DNA of 64,000 nucleotides from assembly GCA_001829495.1 (NCBI GenBank), contig MIBJ01000001.1:2414-66413 (forward strand), read 5' to 3'. The notes beneath the pieces are model-generated. The model was not told the origin of the DNA and ran no database searches. It saw only the letters and a list, made by a program, of their open reading frames with translations. Shown in pieces: positions 9,803 through 19,224 of the stretch. A program made the position numbers and the translations under genes. Positions within the stretch are counted from its first letter, which is position 1, and each line of letters opens with the position of its first letter. The stretch comes from Spirochaetes bacterium RBG_16_49_21. Lineage in GTDB: Bacteria; Spirochaetota; UBA4802; UBA5550.

Positions 9803-11056
9803 ATGAAAGAAGAGGTAAAAATACCGTCGGTAGGCGAATCCATAGTCGACGGGATGCTCATGGCATGGCTCAAGGAGAACGGCGATTACGTAAAGGAAAG
9901 CGAGGATCTTTATGAGTTTGAAACCGAAAAGGCCAGCGTCACGGTGCCCTCTCCCTTTGAAGGAATACTGGAGATTATCGTACCGGAAGGCACGAAGGTC
10001 GTGATAGGCCAGGTAGTGGCAACGATCGACACCGGCGCCGCGGTTGAAACAGCCGCAAAGGAAAAGGAGCCTGATTTAAGAACGCCAAAGCCCGTCTCCG
10101 CGCCTGAAAAAAAGGCGAAGACGGAAAAGAAGGCCGCGGGGGAAGGAAAAAAAGAGCCCGAAACCCTGTCTCCGGCGGTGCGCCGGATTCTCGAAGAGCA
10201 TGACATCGACCTCACCGGTGTGGCGGGCACGGGAAAGGACGGCAGGATCACCAAGGGCGACGTGCTCGCGGGAATCGAGCAAAAGCCTGAAGAAAAAACG
10301 TTTGAGGAAAAGAAACAGGAAGAACGGCCCGGCGCCGGTGAGATGCGCGCTGATGAGACATCGGTAAAAAGGGTTGCAATGTCCTACTTCCGCAAATCCA
10401 TTGCCCGGCGCATGCTCTCCGCCCGGCAGGAAGCCGCGCATCTTACCACCTTCAATGAAATCAACATGGAAAAACTCATCGAGATGCGAAAGGCACACCA
10501 GGAGCCCTTTCAAAAAAAATACGGCATTAAACTGGGATTTATGTCCTTTTTTGTAAAGGCCTCTGTGGAAGCCCTCAAAGAGTTTCCCGTCATAAACGCC
10601 CGGATAGAGGGCGATGACATCGTGTATTATAATTTTTACGATATCGGCGTTGCGGTATCGACCGACCGGGGGCTTCTGGTTCCCGTTATACGAAACGCAG
10701 ATGCGCTTACCTTCGCCGGAATAGAGAAAAAAATCGCCGACCTGGCCCAGCGAGCAAAAGATAAAAAGATAACCCTGCCGGAGCTCCTGGGGGGAACCTT
10801 TTCGATCACCAACGGCGGAATATTCGGTTCGCTCATGTCCACGCCCATACCGAATCATCCCCAACCGGCAATACTGGGCATGCATGCAATCCAGGAGCGG
10901 CCGGTGGCGATACAGGGCGAAGTGAAGATCAAGCCCATGATGTACGTGGCGGTATCCTACGATCACCGCCTGATAGACGGCAGGGAGGCGGTAAGCTTTC
11001 TGTTCCGTATTAAGGAACATATTGAAGACCCGGAAGAGATGTTATTGAATATCTAA
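9803..11056 (+). CDS. sucB: Dihydrolipoamide succinyltransferase E2
   Basis: N-terminal lipoyl domain (EFETEKASV), Ala/Pro/Lys-rich linkers, and a catalytic domain with DHRLIDG. Confidence 0.9.
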   Translation: MKEEVKIPSVGESIVDGMLMAWLKENGDYVKESEDLYEFETEKASVTVPSPFEGILEIIVPEGTKVVIGQVVATIDTGAAVETAAKEKEPDLRTPKPVSAPEKKAKTEKKAAGEGKKEPETLSPAVRRILEEHDIDLTGVAGTGKDGRITKGDVLAGIEQKPEEKTFEEKKQEERPGAGEMRADETSVKRVAMSYFRKSIARRMLSARQEAAHLTTFNEINMEKLIEMRKAHQEPFQKKYGIKLGFMSFFVKASVEALKEFPVINARIEGDDIVYYNFYDIGVAVSTDRGLLVPVIRNADALTFAGIEKKIADLAQRAKDKKITLPELLGGTFSITNGGIFGSLMSTPIPNHPQPAILGMHAIQERPVAIQGEVKIKPMMYVAVSYDHRLIDGREAVSFLFRIKEHIEDPEEMLLNI

Positions 11057-11090
11057 GGAAAGGAAGGTAGTGTACCACTTTAACTTAAAG

Positions 11091-11227
11091 TTTGTCATTG
11101 CGAGGAACGCAGTGACGAAGCAATCTGCAAATGGTTTATATACTCAATTATGACACAGAAAATACTTATGAATCATGAATTTCATGAAATAAAATGCAGA
11201 TTGCTTCGCTTTGCTCGCAATGACAAA
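11091..11227. repeat. Imperfect palindromic intergenic element, family 'GTCATTGCGAGGAGCGCAGCGACGAAGCAATC' (copy 1)
   Basis: Left arm tttgtcattgcgaggaacgcagtgacgaagcaatctgca and right arm tgcagattgcttcgctttgctcgcaatgacaaa are inverted complements around an AT-rich core. Confidence 0.7.
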
Positions 11228-11268
11228 ATATCTATGTCTAATTGACTCACGACCGAAAGGAGGACTGA

Positions 11269-12702
11269 ATGCAGGATAACCTCACGTTTGATCTGATCGT
11301 CATCGGTGCGGGCCCGGGGGGGTACACCGCAGCCATCCGGGCATCGCAGCTCGGACTGAAAACCGCCATCATTGAAAAAAGGGCCACACTCGGGGGGACC
11401 TGCGTCAACGTGGGCTGTATCCCGGCAAAAGCCCTGCTGGATACGACGGAATTATTCTCAACGATCAGGGATAAAGCGAACCGCCACGGCATCCTTTTCG
11501 ATAATTTGCGATTCGATCTTGCCGCGGCCATGAAAAAGAAAAACGAAGCGGTGGAGAGGTTTACCAAGGGCGTTGCGCTGCTCATGCGGGAAAACAGGAT
11601 TGAAACATTCTTCGGGAGCGCGCGTCTGGCGTCTTCGCAGGTGGTGAAGGTGAAAACTGCAAAAAAGGAAGAATTATCCCTGCAGGGATCGAAGATCATT
11701 ATTGCCACCGGCAGTGTTCCCGTCGAGCTCCCCTCCATGCCCTTCGATGGAGAGCATATCGTCAGCTCCGACGACGCGTTATCCTTTGATGCCGTGCCGG
11801 AAAGCCTGATAGTTATCGGTGCGGGCGCCGTGGGACTGGAATTGGCGAGCATATGGATGCGGCTGGGCTCCACGGTGACCGTTATTGAGCTTATGGATCA
11901 GATCCTTCCCGGCATGGATCAACAGATATGCAGGTCGCTCATGCAGATATTAAAAAAAGAGGGAATGGAGTTTTCTCTCTCCACCAGGATAGCGGCGCAT
12001 TCCATAAAAAAGGATACGGTCGAGCTGAAGGGAACAAACGGCAAAGGCAAAGAGCTGACGTTCCGGGGGAACAAGGTGCTTGTTGCCGTGGGCAGGAAAG
12101 CATATTGTGCGGATTTGGGATTGGAGATTCTGAATATTGAATTGACGGAAAAGGGAAAGATAAAGATAAATAAAAGCTATGAAACCGCGAATCCGGGCGT
12201 GTACGCCATCGGCGATATCACCGAAGGGCCGATGCTCGCCCATAAGGCGGGGGAAGAGGGGATAGCCGCGGCGGAGCTGATTGCGGGGAAAGCGGGGCAT
12301 GTTAATTACGACACAATTCCGAGCGTAGTGTATACCTGGCCGGAGGTGGCTTCCGTGGGAACGACGGAGGATCAGTGCACATCGGGGAATATCCCCTTTA
12401 ACAGGGGGATCTTCTATTTCAGGGCCAACGGACGCAGCATCACCTCCGATAACCTGGACGGCTTTGTAAAAATTATCGCGCATAAGGAGACCGACAGAAT
12501 TCTCGGCTGCTCTATTTTAGGCCCCTGGGCATCGGACCTCATCACGGAGATAGTTTCGGTCATGGAATTCGGCGGAAGCTCTGAAGATGTTGCGCGCACC
12601 ATGCATGCCCATCCCACCCTGTGTGAGGTTGTCAAGGAGGCGGCCCTGGATGTGGAGAGGCGCGCGATTCATTCCCCGCCGGGAATGAATCTGGGACGAT
12701 AG
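11269..12702 (+). CDS. lpdA: Dihydrolipoyl dehydrogenase E3
   Basis: Motifs GAGPGGY, GGTCVNVGCIP (redox disulfide) and HAHPTL near the C-terminus. Confidence 0.9.
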   Translation: MQDNLTFDLIVIGAGPGGYTAAIRASQLGLKTAIIEKRATLGGTCVNVGCIPAKALLDTTELFSTIRDKANRHGILFDNLRFDLAAAMKKKNEAVERFTKGVALLMRENRIETFFGSARLASSQVVKVKTAKKEELSLQGSKIIIATGSVPVELPSMPFDGEHIVSSDDALSFDAVPESLIVIGAGAVGLELASIWMRLGSTVTVIELMDQILPGMDQQICRSLMQILKKEGMEFSLSTRIAAHSIKKDTVELKGTNGKGKELTFRGNKVLVAVGRKAYCADLGLEILNIELTEKGKIKINKSYETANPGVYAIGDITEGPMLAHKAGEEGIAAAELIAGKAGHVNYDTIPSVVYTWPEVASVGTTEDQCTSGNIPFNRGIFYFRANGRSITSDNLDGFVKIIAHKETDRILGCSILGPWASDLITEIVSVMEFGGSSEDVARTMHAHPTLCEVVKEAALDVERRAIHSPPGMNLGR

Positions 12703-12733
12703 AGGGCTAACTTCTATCCACATCTCACACGTT

Positions 12734-12762
12734 GGCCCCCTAAATCCCCCGGAGGGGGACTT
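12734..12762. repeat. Hairpin motif CCCCTAAATCCCCCGGAGGGGGACTT, a single copy downstream of lpdA
   Basis: Exact motif; tcccccggaggggga is a self-complementary stem-loop. Confidence 0.6.
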
Positions 12763-12868
12763 AAAAGCTTGTCAAATGAGCATGGTAAGTGATAAACATG
12801 TACCATTGTCTCCTTTGGGAGTATGTCGAGCCGATCGGCTGAGTTACCGGTGAACATAAGCCCCCCTC

Positions 12869-13075
12869 TGGGCTAACAACTACCCACAAGTGTGTAAGCA
12901 AGGGGGATAAGAAGATAGAAGAGATGATAGAGATACATTTTTAACGGAATATTGTTAAAATTGAAGAGGAAAAACAATCATTTAAGCTCAAAAAATAAAA
13001 TTATCTCTGATATCTCTTCAATTCCCCTATTCCCTGTTCTTACACATGGAGATGTGGGTAGTTGTTAGCCCTCTG
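12869..13075. repeat. Long imperfect inverted repeat (~37-44 bp arms) around a ~125 bp AT-rich spacer, upstream of citrate synthase
   Basis: Arms gggctaacaactacccacaagtgtgtaagcaaggg (12869-) and ccctgttcttacacatggagatgtgggtagttgttagccc (13032-13075). A third related half-site lies at 12703-12735. Confidence 0.55.
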
Positions 13076-13161
13076 GGGGGTTTGGGGGGCATGAGAGAAG
13101 GAAATAGGTAGAAATTAGGCGGTAGAGGGCGGGGCCAAACATCATAAGGAGGACATTGAAT

Positions 13162-14304
13162 ATGGAACAACCGACTTTCTCAAAAGGATTGGAAGGCGTT
13201 GTTGCCGCATCAAGCGATATATGCAACATAGACGGCAACGCAGGAAAGCTGTATTACCGGGGATATTCAATAGAAGACCTGGCGCGGCATTCCTCCTTCG
13301 AAGAGGTTACCTTTTTGTTGCTGAATGAGCATTTGCCTACAAAAACAGAGCTTGAAGACTTTCAGGGAAAAATGCGCAAAAGCAGGGCCCTCAACCCTGA
13401 GATTCGGGAGATGATCAGGAATTTCCCTGCCGAGGGGAAACCGATGGAGCTCTTACAGGCGGTCATATCCTATCTGAGCGGCTATGTGGAGCACAAGATC
13501 CAGCATTCCGCCTTCTGCGATTGCCGCATAACCCTGCACCAGGTGGTCCAGCTTGCCAGCGTCGTGGCCACATACCAGAGGCTTAAAGAAGGGAAGGAGT
13601 ATGTGGAGCCGGACCCGACCCTGTCGCACGGCGGGAATTTTCTCTATATGATGCGCGGGAAAAAGCCCGAGGATTACGAGGACCGGATCATGGACGTCTG
13701 CCTTCTCCTGCACGCGGAACACGGCTTCAATGCTTCCACCTTTACCGCGCGCGTCGTCGCCTCGACCGTCTCTACCTGCTACAGCAGCATCTCGGCCGCC
13801 ATCGGCGCGCTCTCCGGCCCGCTTCACGGCGGAGCCAATGAAGAGGTGCTGAAGATGCTTGATAAGATCGGCTCCGTTAAAAAGGTGGACGGGTGGTTCG
13901 CAAAAGCCATTGAAAATAAGCAGAAAATCATGGGCTACGGACACCGGGTATATAAGACAAAGGATCCGCGCGCCGTCATTATAGAAGGATTCTTAAAGGA
14001 GCTGTCAGAGAAAAAAAACGATTTCAGAGATTACGATATTCTAAAAAAGCTGGAGGCGAAGGCTCTCGAGGTTCTGAGCACGAAGGATAATCCGGTGTAT
14101 CCTAACGTTGATTTTTTTTCCGGCTCGGTATTCAAGCTTCTCGGCATTCCCCCGTATCTGTTTACCCCAATATTCGCAATCGGCAGGGTTCCCGGATGGC
14201 TTGCGCATATTCTGGAACAGCGCAAGGATAACCGGCTCTACCGGCCGAAGAGCCTGTACCACGGGCCTGATCCGAGACCGTATGTACTGACTGAGGATCG
14301 GTAG
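13162..14304 (+). CDS. Citrate synthase, short (~380 aa) type
   Basis: Typical citrate synthase N-terminus and HGGAN / GYGHRVYK motifs. An ATG at 13162 has an aggagg RBS; the ORF track starts at a TTG two codons upstream. Confidence 0.85.
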   Translation: MEQPTFSKGLEGVVAASSDICNIDGNAGKLYYRGYSIEDLARHSSFEEVTFLLLNEHLPTKTELEDFQGKMRKSRALNPEIREMIRNFPAEGKPMELLQAVISYLSGYVEHKIQHSAFCDCRITLHQVVQLASVVATYQRLKEGKEYVEPDPTLSHGGNFLYMMRGKKPEDYEDRIMDVCLLLHAEHGFNASTFTARVVASTVSTCYSSISAAIGALSGPLHGGANEEVLKMLDKIGSVKKVDGWFAKAIENKQKIMGYGHRVYKTKDPRAVIIEGFLKELSEKKNDFRDYDILKKLEAKALEVLSTKDNPVYPNVDFFSGSVFKLLGIPPYLFTPIFAIGRVPGWLAHILEQRKDNRLYRPKSLYHGPDPRPYVLTEDR

Positions 14305-14326
14305 GGGCGTACGGCCCCTACATAAT
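14301..14326. terminator. Candidate bidirectional hairpin terminator between convergent citrate synthase and the secreted-protein gene
   Basis: Stem-loop gtaggggc-gtacg-gcccctac (8 bp stem) followed by an AT-rich tract ataatttaata. The intergenic gap is only 22 bp. Confidence 0.45.
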
Positions 14327-14995
14327 TTAATATGCATTGGGGATTACGATATCGTCGTTATTCAAAACTTCTGCTTCGATGACCGATCCCCTGGCGGGAT
14401 CCATATTCCAGTTGAGTTTGTTGGTCCAATCGTATGATTTCGGCTCGGTGAGCTCCTTCGCGCCCTTCACGAGTATCCCCTTACCCTGATCTACGGTCAC
14501 CGCCCGGCCGGAATCTTTCTCGGTTACCCGGACGGATCCCTCCTTCACGCAGAGCCAGTAATCCTTTCGGAAAATGTTCTTGCGTTTTATCGCAACATAG
14601 AAGAGCGTCCCGCGCACCGAGGCCACCAGAGTGCGGTGCTGGATTTCAAAGGAGGAGGCCGCATCCTTCTTTAAAAATTTTATAAAAATCATGCCGCTGA
14701 GAAGCTCAAGAACCGTTTTTGACTTACTTGGAGCGTCGTCACCTCTGTAAGTGAAGGAAGTGTCCGGATACATCTTATAAATACTCCCGTCCGTCTCTGT
14801 TATTATGACCAAGGAGCGGCTTCCTGTTTTTATCACGCTTCCCGAAATCACCGGGCTCCCCTTCTCCGCACGATGCCATGATTTATCGCTTTTTATCCAT
14901 ACATCTCCGATGAAGTGAGTGACGGTGGCAGCCCTGATGTTCGTCGCAACAGATAACAAGATTATCATGAATATGAAGGCCCATTTCAGATTCAT
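14327..14995 (-). CDS. Secreted hypothetical protein with signal peptide; the FecR-like fold assignment is tentative
   Basis: Has an N-terminal hydrophobic signal sequence; no confident motif. Confidence 0.5.
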   Translation of the reverse strand: MNLKWAFIFMIILLSVATNIRAATVTHFIGDVWIKSDKSWHRAEKGSPVISGSVIKTGSRSLVIITETDGSIYKMYPDTSFTYRGDDAPSKSKTVLELLSGMIFIKFLKKDAASSFEIQHRTLVASVRGTLFYVAIKRKNIFRKDYWLCVKEGSVRVTEKDSGRAVTVDQGKGILVKGAKELTEPKSYDWTNKLNWNMDPARGSVIEAEVLNNDDIVIPNAY

Positions 14996-15140
14996 AAGCT
15001 TACTTCCTCCTTTGAATTATCGGTAAGTTAATTCAATATAACTTGCTCCATCGTCATAGTCAAGAAGGCGCATGCATCAGCATATAAAAAGTTTTATCAG
15101 CTATCCCAGCCATTACCCACATCTTTAAACCCAGCCTCCT

Positions 15141-15321
15141 CGGCCCCCTAAATCCCCCGGAGGGGGACTTGAAAGATTACTTTACAAACGAGCCTCAATT
15201 ATCAGGCATATCCTTGATTTCCACTGTCGTGAAAAAATACTTGCTTTCGAAGTTGATGATGATATTCACAAAATTATTTTTAGCCTGACATGCAAGTCCC
15301 CCTCCGGGGGATTTAGGGGGC
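15141..15321. mobile_element. MITE-like element: two inverted copies of the CCCCTAAATCCCCCGGAGGGGGACTT motif flank a ~120 bp AT-rich core
   Basis: 15141-15170 reads ggcccccctaaatcccccggagggggactt and 15293-15321 reads caagtccccctccgggggatttagggggc; the two are reverse complements. No ORF lies inside. Confidence 0.5.
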
Positions 15322-15416
15322 TTACCCGCAGAAGCGTTGAATGATAATAAATGTGGGTAACGGGTAGCCGGTGGCACAATGGAAGGATATCAATTTCATT
15401 CGCAAAGTGAAAAATT

Positions 15417-15923
15417 ATGATACGCAAATGCACTGAATCCGATTTTGACGTCATGTATGAAATCATAAATGATGCGGCACGGGCGTATGAAGGGGCCATT
15501 CCCGCGGAGCGGTGGAGGGATCCCTACATGCCGAAGGACGAGCTCAGAGAAGAAATAGACGGCGGCATTCAATTCTGGGGATATGAAGATGCCGGAAGGC
15601 TTATCGGCATAATGGGCATCCAGGATGTCGGAGATGTTACATTGATCAGGCACGCGTATGTCTCGACAGCCGAAAGAAGAAGGGGAATCGGAAGTTCGCT
15701 CCTGAAAGTCCTCGTTAAGCAAACTGAAAAACCGGTACTCGTCGGCACCTGGGCGGGCGCCCGGTGGGCGGTGAGCTTTTATGAGAAACATGGGTTCAGG
15801 CTGGTATCGGAAAAGGAAAAGAACCGGCTGTTGACAAAATACTGGAAAATCCCGGCGCGGCAGGTAGAGACCTCGGTGGTGCTCGCTGATGCGCACTATG
15901 GCAGCAAAAATAATCTTGAATAA
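15417..15923 (+). CDS. GNAT-family N-acetyltransferase
   Basis: Acetyl-CoA binding motif RRRGIGSSLL and an overall GNAT pattern. Confidence 0.7.
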   Translation: MIRKCTESDFDVMYEIINDAARAYEGAIPAERWRDPYMPKDELREEIDGGIQFWGYEDAGRLIGIMGIQDVGDVTLIRHAYVSTAERRRGIGSSLLKVLVKQTEKPVLVGTWAGARWAVSFYEKHGFRLVSEKEKNRLLTKYWKIPARQVETSVVLADAHYGSKNNLE

Positions 15924-16000
15924 TAACCCCGCTTTTTTAAGATTGACATATCTAGCATTTGAATTTTAATTAATGGACTTGTTGCTAAACTACTTCAAAT

Positions 16001-16190
16001 GTCATTGCGAGGAGAGCCGGCGACGAAGGCCGGCGCATTTTGCACATCCTGTGCGCGCCGGCACGAAACCATCCTTGGTTTCAGCAATCTTAGTTTAAAT
16101 TAAAATTAAAGATTGCGCTGGCCAGGATGGCCGAGTGCCGCGAAGTACATGGACGTACGAGAGCGGCCTTCGCTCCGCTCGCAATGACAG
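16001..16190. repeat. Same palindromic element family (copy 2), with nested internal inverted repeats
   Basis: Arms gtcattgcgaggagagccggcgacgaagg... and ...ccttcgctccgctcgcaatgacag. Inner pairs are ccatccttgg/ccaggatgg and gcaatctt/aagattgc. Confidence 0.65.
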
Positions 16191-16240
16191 TGAGTTTTAC
16201 AATGCGTCTAACGACAAAATATCTCACCAGGAGAACAATT

Positions 16241-17707
16241 ATGCCGATGAAAACCCCGCAAGAATATATCGAAAGCTTACGAAAACTCAAACTGGTCGTA
16301 TACCTGTTCGGCAAGAGGGTGGAAAACGTGGTGGACGACCCGATTATCAGGCCCTCCCTGAACGCGGTAGCCATGACCTACGCCCTGGCGACGAACCCGA
16401 AGCACGAGGAGATCATGACCGCGACGTCGCACATAACCGGGAAAAAGATCAACCGATTCACCCATATCCACCGGAGCGTGGACGATCTGGTCAAAAAGAG
16501 CAAGATGGGCAGAGTACTGGGATCCATGACCGGCTGCTGTTTCCAGAGATGCGTCGGCATGGACGCGCTCAACGCCCTTTCAATGACGACATACGATATC
16601 GATGCAAAGCATAAAACTGAATACAATAAACGGTTCCTGAAATATCTGGAATACGTTCAGGAAAACGACCTCGTGTGCGACGGAGCCATGACCGATCCCA
16701 AGGGAGACCGCTCCCTGCCGCCGCACAAGCAGGCCGATCCCGACCTCTTCCTCCATGTCGTTGAAGAGAGAAAAGACGGCATCGTAGTCAGGGGCGCCAA
16801 GGCCCATCAGACCGGCGCGGTGAATTCTCACGAGGTCATCGTTATGCCCACGATCTCCATGCGGGAAGAGGATAAGGATTACGCGGTGTCCTTTGCCGTG
16901 CCGTCAGATACTAACGGGATCATGTATATAATCGGCCGGCAGTCGTGCGACACCCGGAAAGCGGAGGAGTGCAAGATCGACCAGGGAAATATCCTTTTCG
17001 GCGGGCATGAGGCCCTGATGGTCTTCGACAACGTGTTCGTTCCCTGGGAACGGGTGTTCATGTACAAGGAATACGAATTCGCCGGCCAGCTGGTGGAGCA
17101 GTTCGCATCGTATCACCGGCAGAGCTACGCGTGCAAGGTCGGGGTCGGCGACGTGCTCATCGGAGCCACCCAGACCATCGCCGAATACAACGGCACGGAA
17201 AAGGCCTCGCATGTTAAGGATAAAATCATCGAGATGAATCACCTGAATGAAACCCTTTACTGCGGATGCATCGCCTGCGCGGCTGAGGGGCACCGGGAGC
17301 CGAGCGGGACCTATTATGTGGATCCCCTCCTGGCCAATGTGCATAAGCAGAACGTGACCCGGTTCCCGTACGAGATCGCCCGGATCGCCCAGGACATAGC
17401 CGGCGGCCTGCTCGTGACGCTTCCTTCGGAGGCCGACTTAAGATCCGCCGACGTGGGCAAGTGGATGGAAAAATATTACGCTGCCCGGAGCGACATCCCC
17501 ATGGAAAACAGGATGCGCATCCTCCGCCTAATCGAGAATCTCACCCTGGGCACCGCCGCGGTGGGGTATCTTACCGAATCCATGCACGGCGCCGGCTCGC
17601 CCCAGGCTCAGAGGATCATGATATCCCGGCTGGTGGACATGAAGGAGAAGCAGAAAAACGCCAAAAGGCTCTGCGGCATCACGGATGCGGGCGCTCGGGA
17701 GGGATAG
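16241..17707 (+). CDS. abfD: 4-hydroxybutyryl-CoA dehydratase / vinylacetyl-CoA delta-isomerase
   Basis: Near-colinear identity blocks with the recalled Clostridium aminobutyricum AbfD (QEYIESLRKL, CFQRCVGMDA, MTDPKGDR, SHVKDKIIEMNHLNETLYC, MHGAGSPQAQRIMI). The ATG at 16241 has an aggaga RBS. The upstream part of the tracked ORF lies in a repeat. Confidence 0.85.
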   Translation: MPMKTPQEYIESLRKLKLVVYLFGKRVENVVDDPIIRPSLNAVAMTYALATNPKHEEIMTATSHITGKKINRFTHIHRSVDDLVKKSKMGRVLGSMTGCCFQRCVGMDALNALSMTTYDIDAKHKTEYNKRFLKYLEYVQENDLVCDGAMTDPKGDRSLPPHKQADPDLFLHVVEERKDGIVVRGAKAHQTGAVNSHEVIVMPTISMREEDKDYAVSFAVPSDTNGIMYIIGRQSCDTRKAEECKIDQGNILFGGHEALMVFDNVFVPWERVFMYKEYEFAGQLVEQFASYHRQSYACKVGVGDVLIGATQTIAEYNGTEKASHVKDKIIEMNHLNETLYCGCIACAAEGHREPSGTYYVDPLLANVHKQNVTRFPYEIARIAQDIAGGLLVTLPSEADLRSADVGKWMEKYYAARSDIPMENRMRILRLIENLTLGTAAVGYLTESMHGAGSPQAQRIMISRLVDMKEKQKNAKRLCGITDAGAREG

Positions 17708-17796
17708 CTGAGCAGTTACTAAAATTTGCTGAATAGCTGCAATTGTTCTTGATTTTCACCGGAATTCATCGGATAAATGACCTTACGGAGTAAATC

Positions 17797-18243
17797 ATGC
17801 AAAAATCATCACAAGAACCGAGAATCCGCAGAAAGGAAATCCCCATCGGCATGAAGCCCAGCGGGATGCCGTATACCGCTATGATCATAGACGACTCGAA
17901 AACTGCACGGCAAGTCCTCAAACAGGCCCTGTTGTCGGTTCAATTCAAAATCTTTGATGAAGCGGAGAACGGCGAAATAGCGATAAATAAATTGCAGGCG
18001 TCTGCAATCAAGCCTGATTTCGTGTTTGTGGATTATGAGATGGCAATAATGGACGGCATGGAAACCGTGAAGCGGATCAGGCCCCTCCTGGCCGACACAA
18101 AAATTATAATGGTGACCTCCCACAGCGAAAAAGATATGGTCATGAAGATGATAGACATGGGGGTCTGCGGCTATATACGAAAACCGTATGAGCGGGAAAC
18201 GGTGATTAAAACGCTCACCGGCATCATCAGGGGATGCTCATGA
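17797..18243 (+). CDS. Single-domain response regulator (CheY-like receiver)
   Basis: Receiver motifs IIDDS...D...MDG...K. Confidence 0.75.
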   Translation: MQKSSQEPRIRRKEIPIGMKPSGMPYTAMIIDDSKTARQVLKQALLSVQFKIFDEAENGEIAINKLQASAIKPDFVFVDYEMAIMDGMETVKRIRPLLADTKIIMVTSHSEKDMVMKMIDMGVCGYIRKPYERETVIKTLTGIIRGCS

Positions 18244-19206
18244 CCGGGGTACTGATGCCGACGGCAGGGGGGATGATTCATAACGGGATTCCAGAGCCTG
18301 CACGATCTTCATGATCGCGTCGTTAACAGGGCACTTAACGCCGAGCCTCGCCCCTTCCCGGACTATGGCGCCGTTGATGAAATCAATCTCGGTACGCCTC
18401 CCCTGCTTTATATCCTGATGCATTGACGAGTAATTGGCTGCAGTAAGCCTGCACACCTCTTCCACACGCGCTACCGGGTCATCGTATGCCGCCTTCAATT
18501 CCTTGCGCAGCAGCACCTCCCATCCCTCCAGCACGAGCTCCTTCATGAGCTCGCGCGCCGGCTCGAGTTCAAGGAGAGCTCCGTTCCGCACCTGGAGTAT
18601 CGCGGTGAGGGGATTGATGCCGGCATTGACGAGCACCTTGCCCCACACCAGCGACTCCGGTTCAGTGCTCAGCTCAACATCAAGGCCGGCGCTTCCCATG
18701 AGCTTGGCCAGCTCTTCAAGAAAGCCCCGGCCCGGACTGCCGGCAGTTATGGGGCCAAAGGCTGTTTTTCCCCTTCCCGCGTGGCGGACATGGTTCACAT
18801 CCGCCAGGTTGGCGCCCTCGGAAGTTATACCGGCGATAAGGGAAGAGCCGGGCAGGTTCCGGCTGATGATCTCCACGTTGCCCACGCCGTTTTGCAGGGT
18901 CAGCACCGGACCGCGGTACCCGGCCTGGTGCAGTTCCCGGGTGGCATCATCCGTGCTGTAGGCCTTGACGCAGAGAATTACCAAATCCGTGTTTTCCGGA
19001 TATTTCAGGCCTACCGTGACCGGTACCATAAAGCTGAAATCCGCATTCATCCCTTGCCAGCGGATCCCCTTTTTATTCATCAAATCAGCCCGATCAGCCA
19101 GGTGGTCCACCAGCGTAAGATTCACCCCTGTTCTTTGCAAATATCCTGCCAAAAGCAATCCCATGGCTCCCGGCCCAACGATCGCTATGTTCATAGCTCT
19201 TACCAT
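18238..19206 (-). CDS. panE: 2-dehydropantoate 2-reductase (ketopantoate reductase)
   Basis: N-terminal NAD(P) fold IAIVGPGAMG, the characteristic central Lys/Asn/Glu region and an ApbA C-terminal domain. Confidence 0.75.
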   Translation of the reverse strand: MVRAMNIAIVGPGAMGLLLAGYLQRTGVNLTLVDHLADRADLMNKKGIRWQGMNADFSFMVPVTVGLKYPENTDLVILCVKAYSTDDATRELHQAGYRGPVLTLQNGVGNVEIISRNLPGSSLIAGITSEGANLADVNHVRHAGRGKTAFGPITAGSPGRGFLEELAKLMGSAGLDVELSTEPESLVWGKVLVNAGINPLTAILQVRNGALLELEPARELMKELVLEGWEVLLRKELKAAYDDPVARVEEVCRLTAANYSSMHQDIKQGRRTEIDFINGAIVREGARLGVKCPVNDAIMKIVQALESRYESSPLPSASVPRS

Positions 19207-19224
19207 CTCTCTGAAATAATAGTG

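Noticed and set aside
16127-16240. A 5' extension of the abfD ORF that starts at 16127.
   Set aside because: The extension lies inside the palindromic repeat element and has no RBS. An internal ATG at 16241 is preceded by aggaga and matches the AbfD N-terminus.
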